NCBI GenBank assembly: GCA_964540515.1
Contig: CAZIMS010000001.1
Span: 223,291-287,290 of the forward strand
DNA from: an uncultured Pseudomonadota bacterium
GTDB taxonomy: Bacteria > CALINM01
DNA: 64,000 nt
Reading direction: 5' to 3'
In this document: in pieces, positions 9,954 through 19,621 of the stretch
How the letters are laid out: each line of letters begins with the position of its first letter
Position numbering within the stretch: position 1 is the stretch's first letter
Made by a program: the position numbers and the translations under genes
Notes under the pieces: model-generated
Told to the model about the DNA's origin: nothing
The model's input: only the letters and a program-made list of their open reading frames with translations
Database searches by the model: none

Positions 9954-10527
9954 AATTTTTCCTTATAATGATATTACTACAAGAATAATCTTCTCTCTTA
10001 TAGTGAATGACCCCTTTTATCAATAAAAATCGGTCTTCAAGGGGTTTCTTGTTCCCTGCATAATATATAAGGTAGCCATTATCATTTATAATATTATTTG
10101 TGATTTTAAGGAGCTTCTTTTCTTCCATTGATGCCTTACTGATAATACAGTTAAATTTATTATTAAAAGCTTTATCGGGCAACCTCTTTTGATAAATAGA
10201 AACATCTATACCTAAAATTCTACTCACATATTCCAAAAAAGCAACCTTTTTTTCTGAGGAGTCGATCAAGTTAACCTTTAGATTATTATTCATAATTTTT
10301 AAGACAAGCCCTGGCATTCCATAACCTGTGCCTATATCAAGAATCTCTTTTATCTTTAAATTCTTTAAAAGTAGATGCATAACATAGCAATCTGACAAGG
10401 CAATTTTATACAGATCTTCCCTGCTGTAAGAAGTTAGGTTTATTTTTTCATTCCATTTTAATAGAATCTCAACATAAGAATCAAATATTTTCAATGCCTC
10501 ATTGGTCAATTGTTTCATGTGAAACAC
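9931..10527 (-). CDS. rsmG: 16S rRNA (guanine527-N7)-methyltransferase RsmG (GidB)
   Basis: SAM-binding motif DIGTGYGMPGLVL; conserved position between mnmE and parA. Confidence 0.85.
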   Translation of the reverse strand: MFHMKQLTNEALKIFDSYVEILLKWNEKINLTSYSREDLYKIALSDCYVMHLLLKNLKIKEILDIGTGYGMPGLVLKIMNNNLKVNLIDSSEKKVAFLEYVSRILGIDVSIYQKRLPDKAFNNKFNCIISKASMEEKKLLKITNNIINDNGYLIYYAGNKKPLEDRFLLIKGVIHYKREDYSCSNIIIRKNYANCYYR

Positions 10528-11897
10528 TACTTACCTATGCAGAATTTTTTAAAGATTGCTTCAATCTCGTTAAGATCAAACTCTTTACCTAACAACTTAT
10601 TATAGAGGGTTAGTAGTGAGCTAAGAGAGAACAAGAGGGCGGATTTATCAAAATAATTATCCTTTATCTCTCCTACTATTTTTAACATCTCCTTTACAAT
10701 AATAAAATGCCTCTCGCTAGTAACGTAAAAATCCATCTCTCCTGAAAGACTAAATATATCAATTATATTCCTTCTAAAGGCATCTTTAAAGTCTTCAAAA
10801 CCCTCACCACTTTTTAAAGAGATATAAAAAATATTTTTGAAAGGAAGATTGTCTAATCTTTCAACAATGCCTTTGTCTTTCTTGTTGCCCAGAACAAAGA
10901 TTAAGGCATCATCTTTTTGTTTTAGTTTATCTAATATAAGCTGATCATTTTCATCAAAACTTGTGGAAATATCAAAAATTGCAAAAATTATCTTAGCAAT
11001 AGGCAAAAAACCTATAGCCTTAGAAATCCCTATCTTTTCAACCTCATCTACCGCTGACCTTATACCTGCTGTATCAATGATTTTAAGTGGTATCCCCTCA
11101 AAGACGATACTTTCTTCAATAAAATCTCTTGTCGTTCCTGGTATATGACTTACTATTGCTCGTTCATATTGCAAAATAGTATTGAGAAAACTGGATTTGC
11201 CAACATTTGGTTTGCCTATGATAAGACTTGTAACTCCCTTGAATAAGGGGATACCTTCTTCATAGGACTTTGCAAGCCTGTATAATTTTTCCTCTAAAAA
11301 GTTAATTTTCTCATAATCAAAAGTAAAGATATTATATACATCATCAGGAAAATTTATCTCCGCTTCTAAAACTAAACGACATTCTTCAAGATAATTAAAT
11401 ATTTTATCGAGCTCCTCTTTATAATAACCTGAGAGTTGTTTTAAGGCATTTTGTTGTTGAGTCATTGTCCTTGAATGAACGAGGCTCTCAATAGCCTCTG
11501 CCTGAGTAAGGTCTTTTTTACCATTCAAAAAGGCTCTATAGGTAAACTCTCCTTCCTTAGCAAGCCTCGCACCTGCTTTAATTATGTTTTTCAGAACTGA
11601 TACAGTAGAGATAACCCCTCCGTGACACTGTATCTCTATTGTATCTTCACCGGTATAGCTTTTTGGAGATTTCATATACAACAGTAAAGCCTCGTCTAAA
11701 ACTTCATTAGACTCTATGTCTTTGACTAAACCATAATAAAAATGAAAGGGTTCATATGTTTCTAAATCAGATGATTTCTTTATAAAAACTCTTTTAGCTA
11801 TATTTAATGCTTCTTTCCCGGATATCCTAATAACAGATATGCCTGCATTGCCTAAAGAGGTTGATATGGCAGTTATTGTATCGAATATATCATACAT
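10527..11897 (-). CDS. mnmE: tRNA modification GTPase MnmE (TrmE)
   Basis: G-domain GKPNVGKSSFLN, DTAG, NKKD; C-terminal CIGK motif. Confidence 0.9.
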   Translation of the reverse strand: MYDIFDTITAISTSLGNAGISVIRISGKEALNIAKRVFIKKSSDLETYEPFHFYYGLVKDIESNEVLDEALLLYMKSPKSYTGEDTIEIQCHGGVISTVSVLKNIIKAGARLAKEGEFTYRAFLNGKKDLTQAEAIESLVHSRTMTQQQNALKQLSGYYKEELDKIFNYLEECRLVLEAEINFPDDVYNIFTFDYEKINFLEEKLYRLAKSYEEGIPLFKGVTSLIIGKPNVGKSSFLNTILQYERAIVSHIPGTTRDFIEESIVFEGIPLKIIDTAGIRSAVDEVEKIGISKAIGFLPIAKIIFAIFDISTSFDENDQLILDKLKQKDDALIFVLGNKKDKGIVERLDNLPFKNIFYISLKSGEGFEDFKDAFRRNIIDIFSLSGEMDFYVTSERHFIIVKEMLKIVGEIKDNYFDKSALLFSLSSLLTLYNKLLGKEFDLNEIEAIFKKFCIGK

Positions 11898-13434
11898 CTT
11901 GCTTTTTCATCGTTACCAACTGTTGAGCGATAGAAAATACATTATTTATAAGCCAGTATATTACAAGCCCTGAGGGAAAATTTAAAAACATAAAAGTAAA
12001 GACAATAGGCAGAATATACATCATTCTTTTTTGCATTACATCACCAGTTGAAGGTGTTAACATCTGTTGTAGTAACATAGTAGCACCCATAAGTATGGGA
12101 GTTACATAGTAAGGGTCTGCGGCAGATAAATCTTTAATCCAAAACATAAAAGGTGCCTGCCTTAACTCTATAGCCATCATAAGAGCCTGATAAAGGGCTA
12201 TAAAGAAGGGTATCTGAACAAGCATAGGAAGGCATCCGCTCATGGGATTAACACCATGTCTTTTATAAAGAAGCATCATTTCTCTATTTAATGACTCTCT
12301 ATCATTAGCGTATTTTTTTCTAATCTCTTCTAATTTAGGCTGTAGTTTTTGTAGTTCCTTCATTGACCTATAGCTCTTTTGACTGAGGGGGAAGAATACA
12401 ATCTTTATCAATATAGTAAGTAGTATAATGCTAACACCATAGTTCTTAGTAAAAGAGTAAAAGAAGTTAAGAATCATAAGGAGTGGCTTAGAGATAAAAT
12501 GGAAAAAACCATAATCAACAATAACTGTTAGCTCTTTATTTACTCTTTTAAGGATTTTAGAATCTTTAGGACCAAAAAATAGTCCTAACTCAGCAGAAAC
12601 AGGTGCTGAGATAGCGTTGGATTCGATAAAAGTCAGGATGGTATCAATTCGTCCATCAACATATGTAGAATCTGCGGACATCTTCTCTTTTTCATCAATA
12701 AAAAGAAGTGCGAAATATTTTTCAGAAATACCTCCCAACTTTACATTCAGAGCCTTATATCCTTTAGTAAGCTGTTTTTCTGATGGATGTTCCAGCTTTT
12801 TGTTATAAAAAAATATAGGTAGTGGGTGCCCTTCTTCGTAAGAGTCAAAGGTGCTTGAGCTTTGTACGATTGCAGAGCCTATAGAAATTTTTTGAGATAT
12901 TGGTTCTTTAGGTATTATTGTATAAGAAACAGACCCTTTGAAATCGGTTTTATCAACAATTAATCTCTTTTTTATATCAATTAAGCCTACTGTGGAAGAA
13001 AAATCAAAAACAATAGCCTTATCATTTTCAGAAAGTTGAAAGTTATTATATACAATCCTTGTCCCCACATCGTCTATATAAAGAGTGTCATAAACGTCAT
13101 AGAGTCCTGAATAAAAAAGGTCAACATAATCCTTTTTTTGTATATTTTTATAGTAGTTTTTAAGCAAAAACTTTTTAAAGAACCCATTTTCCTGTGAAAG
13201 GACAATGTGGAATTTTTCTGTATCTATAGTTTTTAAAGATTGATGAACTGGCTGAGTTAATGGAGAAGGTTTTTTGCCTTCCGCTACTGCTGTCTTCTTA
13301 TCAAGGTTTGAGGCAACCTTTGAGGTACTATTTTTAAAAGTACTTTCTTGCACATTTCTTTTTATGAAGAAATAATCCCAAAAAACAAAGACAAGCAAAC
13401 TTATTATAACAAAAATAACTGTCCTTTTTTCCAT
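11890..13434 (-). CDS. yidC: Membrane protein insertase YidC
   Basis: 514 aa with an N-terminal TM, a large periplasmic domain and a conserved C-terminal 5-TM YidC/Oxa1 core. Confidence 0.9.
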   Translation of the reverse strand: MEKRTVIFVIISLLVFVFWDYFFIKRNVQESTFKNSTSKVASNLDKKTAVAEGKKPSPLTQPVHQSLKTIDTEKFHIVLSQENGFFKKFLLKNYYKNIQKKDYVDLFYSGLYDVYDTLYIDDVGTRIVYNNFQLSENDKAIVFDFSSTVGLIDIKKRLIVDKTDFKGSVSYTIIPKEPISQKISIGSAIVQSSSTFDSYEEGHPLPIFFYNKKLEHPSEKQLTKGYKALNVKLGGISEKYFALLFIDEKEKMSADSTYVDGRIDTILTFIESNAISAPVSAELGLFFGPKDSKILKRVNKELTVIVDYGFFHFISKPLLMILNFFYSFTKNYGVSIILLTILIKIVFFPLSQKSYRSMKELQKLQPKLEEIRKKYANDRESLNREMMLLYKRHGVNPMSGCLPMLVQIPFFIALYQALMMAIELRQAPFMFWIKDLSAADPYYVTPILMGATMLLQQMLTPSTGDVMQKRMMYILPIVFTFMFLNFPSGLVIYWLINNVFSIAQQLVTMKKQDV

Positions 13435-13444
13435 TCTAACTCCC

Positions 13445-13654
13445 TTATCTCAAAGGATCAAACCCTCCCTTAAAAAGAGGATTGCACCTTATTAATCTAT
13501 AAAATATCAAAAAAAGGGCCTCAAAAAAACCCTTTCTTTTAAGAGCCTCTATTGCATAATCAGAACAGGAAGGATAAAACCTACATTTGGGACCAAGAAG
13601 AGGGCTTAAAATCCTTTTATATATTCTAATTACAGCTATTAGTAGAATCTTCAT
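13445..13654 (-). CDS. yidD: Membrane protein insertion efficiency factor YidD
   Basis: 69 aa, IRIYKRILSPLLGPKCRFYPSCSDYAIEAL motif. Confidence 0.8.
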   Translation of the reverse strand: MKILLIAVIRIYKRILSPLLGPKCRFYPSCSDYAIEALKRKGFFEALFLIFYRLIRCNPLFKGGFDPLR

Positions 13655-13943
13655 AACTAAATAACTCTTTAAAAGAGGTAAAAAAACTATTAATTACATT
13701 AAAATCTATATTTTTTTCTGCAACCTTTACTAAAAGGTCATAGGGCACGTCAGTTTTTCTTAGGGCCTCTCTTACAAGACGTTTTATATAATTTCTTTGA
13801 ACTGAAGTATATATTTTTTTGCTTAAAGAATAAAAAACACAAATCTTCTCACCTCTTCGAGGCAAGTAATAAACAGTGAGTCTACCTTTAGAAAAAACCT
13901 TCCCATTCTTAATTAATTCTGAAACTCTTTTGTTTAGTCTCAC
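13626..13943 (-). CDS. rnpA: Ribonuclease P protein component
   Basis: Basic 105-aa protein in the canonical position between rpmH and yidD. Confidence 0.8.
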   Translation of the reverse strand: MRLNKRVSELIKNGKVFSKGRLTVYYLPRRGEKICVFYSLSKKIYTSVQRNYIKRLVREALRKTDVPYDLLVKVAEKNIDFNVINSFFTSFKELFSYEDSTNSCN

Positions 13944-14093
13944 CTATTTTCCAGCAACTTGTGGTACAAGATTCCATCTACCTTTTTTTCTTCTGCTCTT
14001 AAGAACCTTAAGCCCTCCCTTTGTGCTTGACCTTTTAAGATAGCCGTGAGTTCTTTTTCTTTTTGTATTAGATGGTTGATAAGTCCTTTTCAT
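13944..14093 (-). CDS. rpmH: 50S ribosomal protein L34 (49 aa). It is absent from the supplied ORF track.
   Basis: Translation [49 protein letters not shown] is a textbook L34. Its stop abuts the rnpA start. Confidence 0.85.
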   Translation of the reverse strand: MKRTYQPSNTKRKRTHGYLKRSSTKGGLKVLKSRRKKGRWNLVPQVAGK

Positions 14094-14235
14094 TTAAACC
14101 CCCTCAAAGAGAAATAAGCATTATATTATTTTACATTTTTAAAAATAGGTCAAGTGGTAAAAGAAAAAACGATTTAAATCAGTATGATATTATTCAAAGG
14201 GGGTTAATAAAAGATTATATAATAGTCAAATTTTA

Positions 14236-14709
14236 CTATTTTTTGGCTTCTCTTAATGAAACACACCAGTGCGCCAGCTCTTTGACTTCATCGTTAAGAT
14301 TTCTAATCCTTTGACTGCAGAACTGAATTATTCTAATAAGTATCTTCAAGGCGAGTGTATGATTTTTCTCTATTATTGTTTCAAAGTCTTTCTTACTTAA
14401 GGCTAAGACATTAACACTATTATGAGCTATAACAGTGGCATTGTGAGCCTTCTCATCAAAAAAAGACATCTCTCCTAAGATCTCACCTTCTCCTAATAGC
14501 GCAAGAATCTTAAAATTCTTTTCATCTATTGCCTTAACAACTTTTGCCTGACCAGATGTAATTAGCATCAAAACCTTTGATACCTCACCCTCTTTCAATA
14601 TTTCTTCTCCTGCTGCGTATACCACAGGTATCATTAGTTTTGTTATGTGTGAAACCTCTTCTGGTTTAAAGCCTTTGAAAAACTTAAGATTTATATAGTT
14701 ATTTACCAT
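14236..14709 (-). CDS. Stand-alone cyclic-nucleotide-binding (CAP-effector) domain protein, no DNA-binding domain
   Basis: cNMP-binding beta-roll motifs (ILGEMSFFDEKAHNATVIA) in a 157-aa protein; no HTH. Confidence 0.6.
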   Translation of the reverse strand: MVNNYINLKFFKGFKPEEVSHITKLMIPVVYAAGEEILKEGEVSKVLMLITSGQAKVVKAIDEKNFKILALLGEGEILGEMSFFDEKAHNATVIAHNSVNVLALSKKDFETIIEKNHTLALKILIRIIQFCSQRIRNLNDEVKELAHWCVSLREAKK

Positions 14710-14770
14710 AATTGTATTTATGCAAAAAACATTCCAATTTTTATACTTTCAATATATTATATAGCATATT

Positions 14771-15487
14771 ATGAAAAAAGCAATATTTGTTGCCGATGCC
14801 CATCTAAAATCACCTTACTCCCAAGAATACATAGACATGGTAAATTTTCTCAAAAAAATACTTAATGATAAAGATTTATCAGCCCTATTTATATTAGGAG
14901 ATTTTTTCGATTTCTTTGTTGGCTTCCCACACACGGTCTTTTATGAACACTTAGAGATTTTGGGACTTCTTAAGCAGTTGGAAAATAGAGGCGTTTCCAT
15001 TTTCTACATAGAAGGTAACCATGACTTTTTTCTAAAAAAACTCAATAAATACGGCTCAAAAATAAATTTTGTGCCTCAAAAAATTGCCATTAATTTAGGT
15101 GAAAAGCTATATCTAACCCATGGAGACCTTATCTACAAAAGAAATTACTCTCACAGGATAATGACCTTTTTCATAAAAAATAGATTTACTAATCTCCTGT
15201 CTTATTTACTGCCACCTTATCTTGTCTATCATTTTGCCCATTTAGTCTCAAAGTTTAGTAGAGAAAGGATAAAAGAAGATTTTAAAGATGAGCAACTCGA
15301 TGACTTTATAATTTTTTTGTCAAAAAACAACTATTCTGGAGCAATATTAGGACATTTTCATAAAAATTCCGTCATTAGGCGTAGTATTAAGGGCAAAACT
15401 TTCACAGTTTATACCTTAGGAAGTTGGCAGATAGAGAGAACATATCTTATCTATGAAGAGGGTAGTTTAAGCTTCCAAAGCTTTTAA
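14771..15487 (+). CDS. Calcineurin-like metallophosphoesterase, UDP-2,3-diacylglucosamine hydrolase (LpxH)-like
   Basis: Metal-binding motifs D-x-H (VADAHL), GDFFD, GNHD. Confidence 0.55.
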   Translation: MKKAIFVADAHLKSPYSQEYIDMVNFLKKILNDKDLSALFILGDFFDFFVGFPHTVFYEHLEILGLLKQLENRGVSIFYIEGNHDFFLKKLNKYGSKINFVPQKIAINLGEKLYLTHGDLIYKRNYSHRIMTFFIKNRFTNLLSYLLPPYLVYHFAHLVSKFSRERIKEDFKDEQLDDFIIFLSKNNYSGAILGHFHKNSVIRRSIKGKTFTVYTLGSWQIERTYLIYEEGSLSFQSF

Positions 15488-16272
15488 TAGGTACCCAAAG
15501 TGCCCATCTTTCTTGACCTTTTTTCAAGAAACATAAAAACAATAATACCCAAAAAGAGATAAAATAATGTATTGGCTACAAGTAAAAGATGATAATTTAA
15601 ATCTATTTTATAGCCACCCTCATTGAAAATTATATTTTTCATAATATCCAAGCCTGCCGTCATAGGAAGGACCTTTGATAAGCTCTGTAAACTCTCAGGA
15701 AAAACCTGAACTGGAAAAAGTGCTCCAGTAAAAATAAGAAGCAAAAACCTTGTGATTGTTGTTACTGGACCTAACCTTTTAAATATTAATGTTAACCCAG
15801 CAAAAAAAAGCCCAAGACCATAGAGGCCTAAATAGGTTAAAAAGAAAAAAGGTAATACCTTAAGAGGTATTGAGATTTTTAGATCAAAAATATAGTTAAA
15901 GAGAAAAAGAATTAATAAAGCATTAAATAGAGTTATAAAAAAGCGAGCAATGCTTCTTCCAAACATGTTGTAAATTAAAGAGTAAGGAGTAAGTGCTATC
16001 TGCTCAAGTATTCCTATGTGTAAATCTTCTCTCAAAGCAGAGCTTAAATGACCCACCGCATCAAGAGCAAAAAACCAAACAAGAAAGCCTATAAGCTTGT
16101 GAGAGGTTGAAACCTTATCTATAACAAAGCTACCATTAATAATAGTTGAAGAAGAATAGACAAAACCAAGGAATATAAAAGAAAGCATTACAATAGAGGA
16201 AAATCTTTCAAAAATATACCTTCTAAAATAAACAAACTCTCTATAACTCTCTGCCAAAATAATAGAAAACAT
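15484..16272 (-). CDS. ABC-2 type transporter permease
   Basis: 6-TM permease immediately downstream of, and overlapping, the ABC ATPase gene. Confidence 0.6.
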   Translation of the reverse strand: MFSIILAESYREFVYFRRYIFERFSSIVMLSFIFLGFVYSSSTIINGSFVIDKVSTSHKLIGFLVWFFALDAVGHLSSALREDLHIGILEQIALTPYSLIYNMFGRSIARFFITLFNALLILFLFNYIFDLKISIPLKVLPFFFLTYLGLYGLGLFFAGLTLIFKRLGPVTTITRFLLLIFTGALFPVQVFPESLQSLSKVLPMTAGLDIMKNIIFNEGGYKIDLNYHLLLVANTLFYLFLGIIVFMFLEKRSRKMGTLGTY

Positions 16273-16289
16273 TGGCTACTCCAAAAAAT

Positions 16290-17168
16290 TTATGACCCTT
16301 GAGAGGCCTTTAAAAAAATGTCCTCTAAAGACTGTTCTCTTGTCTCTATATCAATCAATGTCCTATTTTTATCTTTTTGCAGCAAATTTAAAAACTCAGG
16401 AAGTTCTTCTTTGGTTAATTTTTTTTCGAGGGTCTTTAAATGATTGCCTTCTTTAAACGTAAAAATATAAATTTTCTCAGCAAATCTCTTTTTGATCTCA
16501 ACAATACTATCAAAAGACTTAACCTTACCTTCTTTTAAGAAAATTAGGCAATCGCAGTTTTTTTCAATAATATCCATTTGATGAGAGGTTAAGATAACTG
16601 TTTTATTTTCTATATAAACAAGATCTTTAATTACTCTTTGCATAGCAAGACTTGAAGAGAGGTCGAGCCCTAAAGTAGGCTCATCAAGTAATAGAATAGA
16701 TGGATTATGTAATGTAGAAATAGTTATAGCTATTTTTTGTTTCATCCCTTGTGAGAGATTTCTTACAGGCATGTTAATCTTATCAATGATATTAAAGAGC
16801 TCGAAATACTTTAAAGCTCTTGATATAGCATGTTTTAGCTCTATACCTTTTAATAAAGCAAAGTATCTTACATTTTGTAGTGGCGTAAAGTTCCAAAAAA
16901 TATTGCGTGACCCTTCAAGTATAGCCCCTATATTTTTAAGTAATCTAAAATTAGAAGGGTAGAGTGTATCGTTATCTATATATACATTTCCCTCATCTGG
17001 GTAGATTAAGCCACAGATTGTTTTAAGTAAGGTTGTCTTTCCTGCCCCATTAGGACCTATAACACCATATATTTTTGATTTTTCGAAACAAATGGATACA
17101 TTTGAGAGGGCCTCAATATATCCCTTTGAGCTTTTGTAAGTTTTTGTTAAATTTTTTACCTCAAGCAT
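16290..17168 (-). CDS. ABC transporter ATP-binding protein
   Basis: Walker A GPNGAGKTT, signature LSQGMKQK, Walker B LLLDEP. The probable ATG is at 17166-17168; the track start at 17171 is a TTG. Confidence 0.8.
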   Translation of the reverse strand: MLEVKNLTKTYKSSKGYIEALSNVSICFEKSKIYGVIGPNGAGKTTLLKTICGLIYPDEGNVYIDNDTLYPSNFRLLKNIGAILEGSRNIFWNFTPLQNVRYFALLKGIELKHAISRALKYFELFNIIDKINMPVRNLSQGMKQKIAITISTLHNPSILLLDEPTLGLDLSSSLAMQRVIKDLVYIENKTVILTSHQMDIIEKNCDCLIFLKEGKVKSFDSIVEIKKRFAEKIYIFTFKEGNHLKTLEKKLTKEELPEFLNLLQKDKNRTLIDIETREQSLEDIFLKASQGS

Positions 17169-17338
17169 CAATCATCTTTCTTTATGAAGAAAATAAAGGC
17201 CATAACAGGTCTTCTGGAAGAATCTCTGGCTACAAAATGAATACTGTCAAATACATATCCCTTTTGAGTCCATTCGTTAAGAGCATCCTCAACAGTCTCA
17301 TCAGTAACTATACTAAGCTCCACAACTTTGTAAACCAT
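17168..17338 (-). CDS. Small DUF4177-like protein (56 aa), translationally coupled (TGATG overlap) to the ABC ATPase
   Basis: MVYKVVELSIVTDETVEDALNEWTQKGYVFDSIHFVARDSSRRPVMAFIFFIKKDD shows the YKVV..L...E..LNE...G....I pattern recalled for DUF4177. Missing from the ORF track because it is <60 aa. Confidence 0.4.
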   Translation of the reverse strand: MVYKVVELSIVTDETVEDALNEWTQKGYVFDSIHFVARDSSRRPVMAFIFFIKKDD

Positions 17339-17414
17339 AGGATTATTATAAAGTGATAAATAGATTTTTAGAAGATTTTTAAGTAGAATTATAAAAAAGA
17401 TTATGGAGGATTAT

Positions 17415-17621
17415 ATGCCATACGTAAATATTAAAATTACAAAAGATAGTGCCTCATCAGAACAGAAGGCTCTAGTAATCAAGGAAGTAACAAACTTACT
17501 CGTTACAATCTTAGGTAAAAACCCTCAAACAACAGTTGTTGTAATAGAAGAAGTCGATACAGATAATTGGGGTATTGGTGGGGAGACTGTAACAGCCCGA
17601 AGAAAAAGAGAGGGTTGTTAA
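17415..17621 (+). CDS. 4-oxalocrotonate tautomerase family enzyme
   Basis: MPYVNIKI start (catalytic Pro1 after Met removal) and ~68 aa length; the start is moved from 17403 to the MPYV Met. Confidence 0.6.
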   Translation: MPYVNIKITKDSASSEQKALVIKEVTNLLVTILGKNPQTTVVVIEEVDTDNWGIGGETVTARRKREGC

Positions 17622-17630
17622 TTTTTAAGA

Positions 17631-17704
17631 TGGCGGCACAGGGATTTGAACCCCGGACACTGCGGATATGAGCCGCATGCTCTGACCACCTGAGCTATGC
17701 CGCC
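17631..17704 (-). tRNA. tRNA-Met (anticodon CAT). No 3-GC anticodon stem, so an elongator Met or a lysidine-modified Ile tRNA rather than the initiator.
   Basis: Cloverleaf read by hand: acceptor GGCGGCA/TGCCGCC, D-arm AGCTCAGGTGGTCAGAGC, anticodon loop CTCATAT, T-arm GGGGTTCAAATCCC. CCA is not encoded. Confidence 0.8.
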
Positions 17705-17750
17705 AGTAGTAGGATATGATATTTTTTTTTAAGAAAAAAATCAATAAAAA

Positions 17751-19619
17751 TTAAAGACCCAGTGCCTTTCTTTTTTTCATTATATGTTCAATAATTAAAT
17801 CAGCTGCCTTTACTGGATCTGGCTCAACGGCAAACTTAGCACCAAAGACACCTTCGAGACCATTTACAGCCAGATCAGTAATTTTTTTGCTACCAAGGAT
17901 TGGCGGCATAACACCCAAAACTGTGTAAATACCACTTGCCATAACATAAAAGGCTATGGCTACAGCCTTCTCAGAGTACCATTCAGGGGCAGCACCAGCT
18001 ATAGGTAGATCGCATATATCAACCCCCAGGGTATTAGCAAGGGCACTGGCTACAACAAGAATTCTTGAGTTATCAACACAGGAACCTATATGAAGTGATG
18101 GTGGTATACCTAAGGCATTACATACAGCCTTAAGACCTGCTCCTGCATACTCCTTCCCTTCGGGTACTTGCAGGCCTGCTTTACCTATAGCCACATTAGC
18201 ACAACCTGTTGTAAGGACAAGTATATCGTTGCTGATCAATCTTTTTGCCAGCTCTACATGACCATAATCATGCTTAATTTTTGGATTGTTGCAACCTACT
18301 ATTCCAACAGCTCCTTTTATATTTCCAGCCTTTATGGCATCAATCAGAGGATTTAAAGTACCCCCTAAGGCTTTAAGTATAGCCTCTACTGAAAAACCAG
18401 TCATACTCTTTACTTCTGCTACTGGTATATAAACTCTCTCTTTTCTTCTATTCTTAAAGTTTTCAACGGCAAGTTTTACTATCTTGAAGGCCTTTTCCTT
18501 TGCGTTTTCAGGTGTAAACTCTATATGCTCCATACCAGGAAATTTTGCCTTATCGGAAGTAGAAAACATAAGAGAGTGATAACATTTTGCTATCTCTCCT
18601 AGGGCTGGCATTATACATTGATAGTCAACAATCATTGCCTCAACAGCACCTGTTACAAGAGTTAACTCTGTCATCAAATGATTACCAGCCATAGGGATGC
18701 CTTTTCTCATAAGAAGCTCATTGCCTGTACAACAAAGACCAGCTAAATTAATACCTTTAGCACCATAGGATCTTGCTAAATCATTTAACTCTTTATCTTC
18801 AACTGCTAAAAAAACCATTTCAGAGACAACAGGGTTATGACCATGAACAAGAATATTAACATAGTCTTCCTTCAAAACACCTAAATTAAGAGCTGATACC
18901 TTTGGCTCAGGTGTGCCAAAAAGTATATCCGATACATAAGTCCCTATCATAGAGCCACCATAACCATCGGCAAGACTTGTTCTAACACCCTGTAGCAATA
19001 GGGAGACGTAATCATTATCAACGCCCATGTGACTTCTGTGCATAGACTCTGTAACCTCCCTGTCTATCCCTCGTGGTATGACATTTAACTTTCTCCAAAG
19101 CTCCTTTCTTTTCTCTGGAGCAAGGGCAATAAAAGAGAGCTCGCTTTTTTTCATACCAAAATCTTCCATCATAGCCAGAGCAAGCTCTTTTGCAATATCT
19201 TTTAAAGACTTGCCATCTACTGGAATATTATAAATCTTTGCGATATTCCTAAGTTTTTCTTCATCTTTAATCTCATAACCTCCTGCTTTGCCATCTCCTA
19301 CCTTATACAAAACCTCTACTAAATCCCTTCCGTGATCTGAGTGAGAGGCTGAACCAGCAGCTATCATTCTTAAGAGATTCCTTGCTACCATGATCTCTGC
19401 ATCGGCACCGCAGACCCCTTTTTGTGGTCCATCTCCAAAAGGATCAATCCTACAGGGTCCCATTGTACAGATTCGACAGGAAAGCCCAAGCTCACAGTAT
19501 CCACAATGGGGCTCTTGAGCCTTTTTTCTATCCCATACAAGCTCTATATTCTCTTCTTCAGCCTTCTTAATTGTCTCTATTGCATCTTTACATATGGAAA
19601 ACTCTTTATAATCTTTCAT
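17751..19619 (-). CDS. cooS: Anaerobic Ni,Fe carbon monoxide dehydrogenase catalytic subunit CooS
   Basis: 622 aa. N-terminal B/D-cluster cysteines (CGYCELGLSCRICTMGPCRI), CGADAEIMVARN, C-cluster ligands (HGHNP, CCTGNE, GSCVDNSR). Confidence 0.9.
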   Translation of the reverse strand: MKDYKEFSICKDAIETIKKAEEENIELVWDRKKAQEPHCGYCELGLSCRICTMGPCRIDPFGDGPQKGVCGADAEIMVARNLLRMIAAGSASHSDHGRDLVEVLYKVGDGKAGGYEIKDEEKLRNIAKIYNIPVDGKSLKDIAKELALAMMEDFGMKKSELSFIALAPEKRKELWRKLNVIPRGIDREVTESMHRSHMGVDNDYVSLLLQGVRTSLADGYGGSMIGTYVSDILFGTPEPKVSALNLGVLKEDYVNILVHGHNPVVSEMVFLAVEDKELNDLARSYGAKGINLAGLCCTGNELLMRKGIPMAGNHLMTELTLVTGAVEAMIVDYQCIMPALGEIAKCYHSLMFSTSDKAKFPGMEHIEFTPENAKEKAFKIVKLAVENFKNRRKERVYIPVAEVKSMTGFSVEAILKALGGTLNPLIDAIKAGNIKGAVGIVGCNNPKIKHDYGHVELAKRLISNDILVLTTGCANVAIGKAGLQVPEGKEYAGAGLKAVCNALGIPPSLHIGSCVDNSRILVVASALANTLGVDICDLPIAGAAPEWYSEKAVAIAFYVMASGIYTVLGVMPPILGSKKITDLAVNGLEGVFGAKFAVEPDPVKAADLIIEHIMKKRKALGL

Positions 19620-19621
19620 AT

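Noticed and set aside
14098-14211. Inverted 8-mers AACCCCCT / AGGGGGTT flanking the rpmH promoter region
   Set aside because: About 100 nt apart with no intervening complementarity; not a convincing terminator or structured element.
14072-14314. 80-aa plus-strand ORF between rpmH and the cNMP-binding gene
   Set aside because: Overlaps the 3' end of the cNMP-binding gene on the other strand and has no recognisable domain; likely spurious.
17075-17356. 93-aa plus-strand ORF overlapping the ABC ATPase start
   Set aside because: The minus strand here encodes the ABC ATPase N-terminus and the DUF4177-like ORF with good coupling; the plus-strand ORF has no features.
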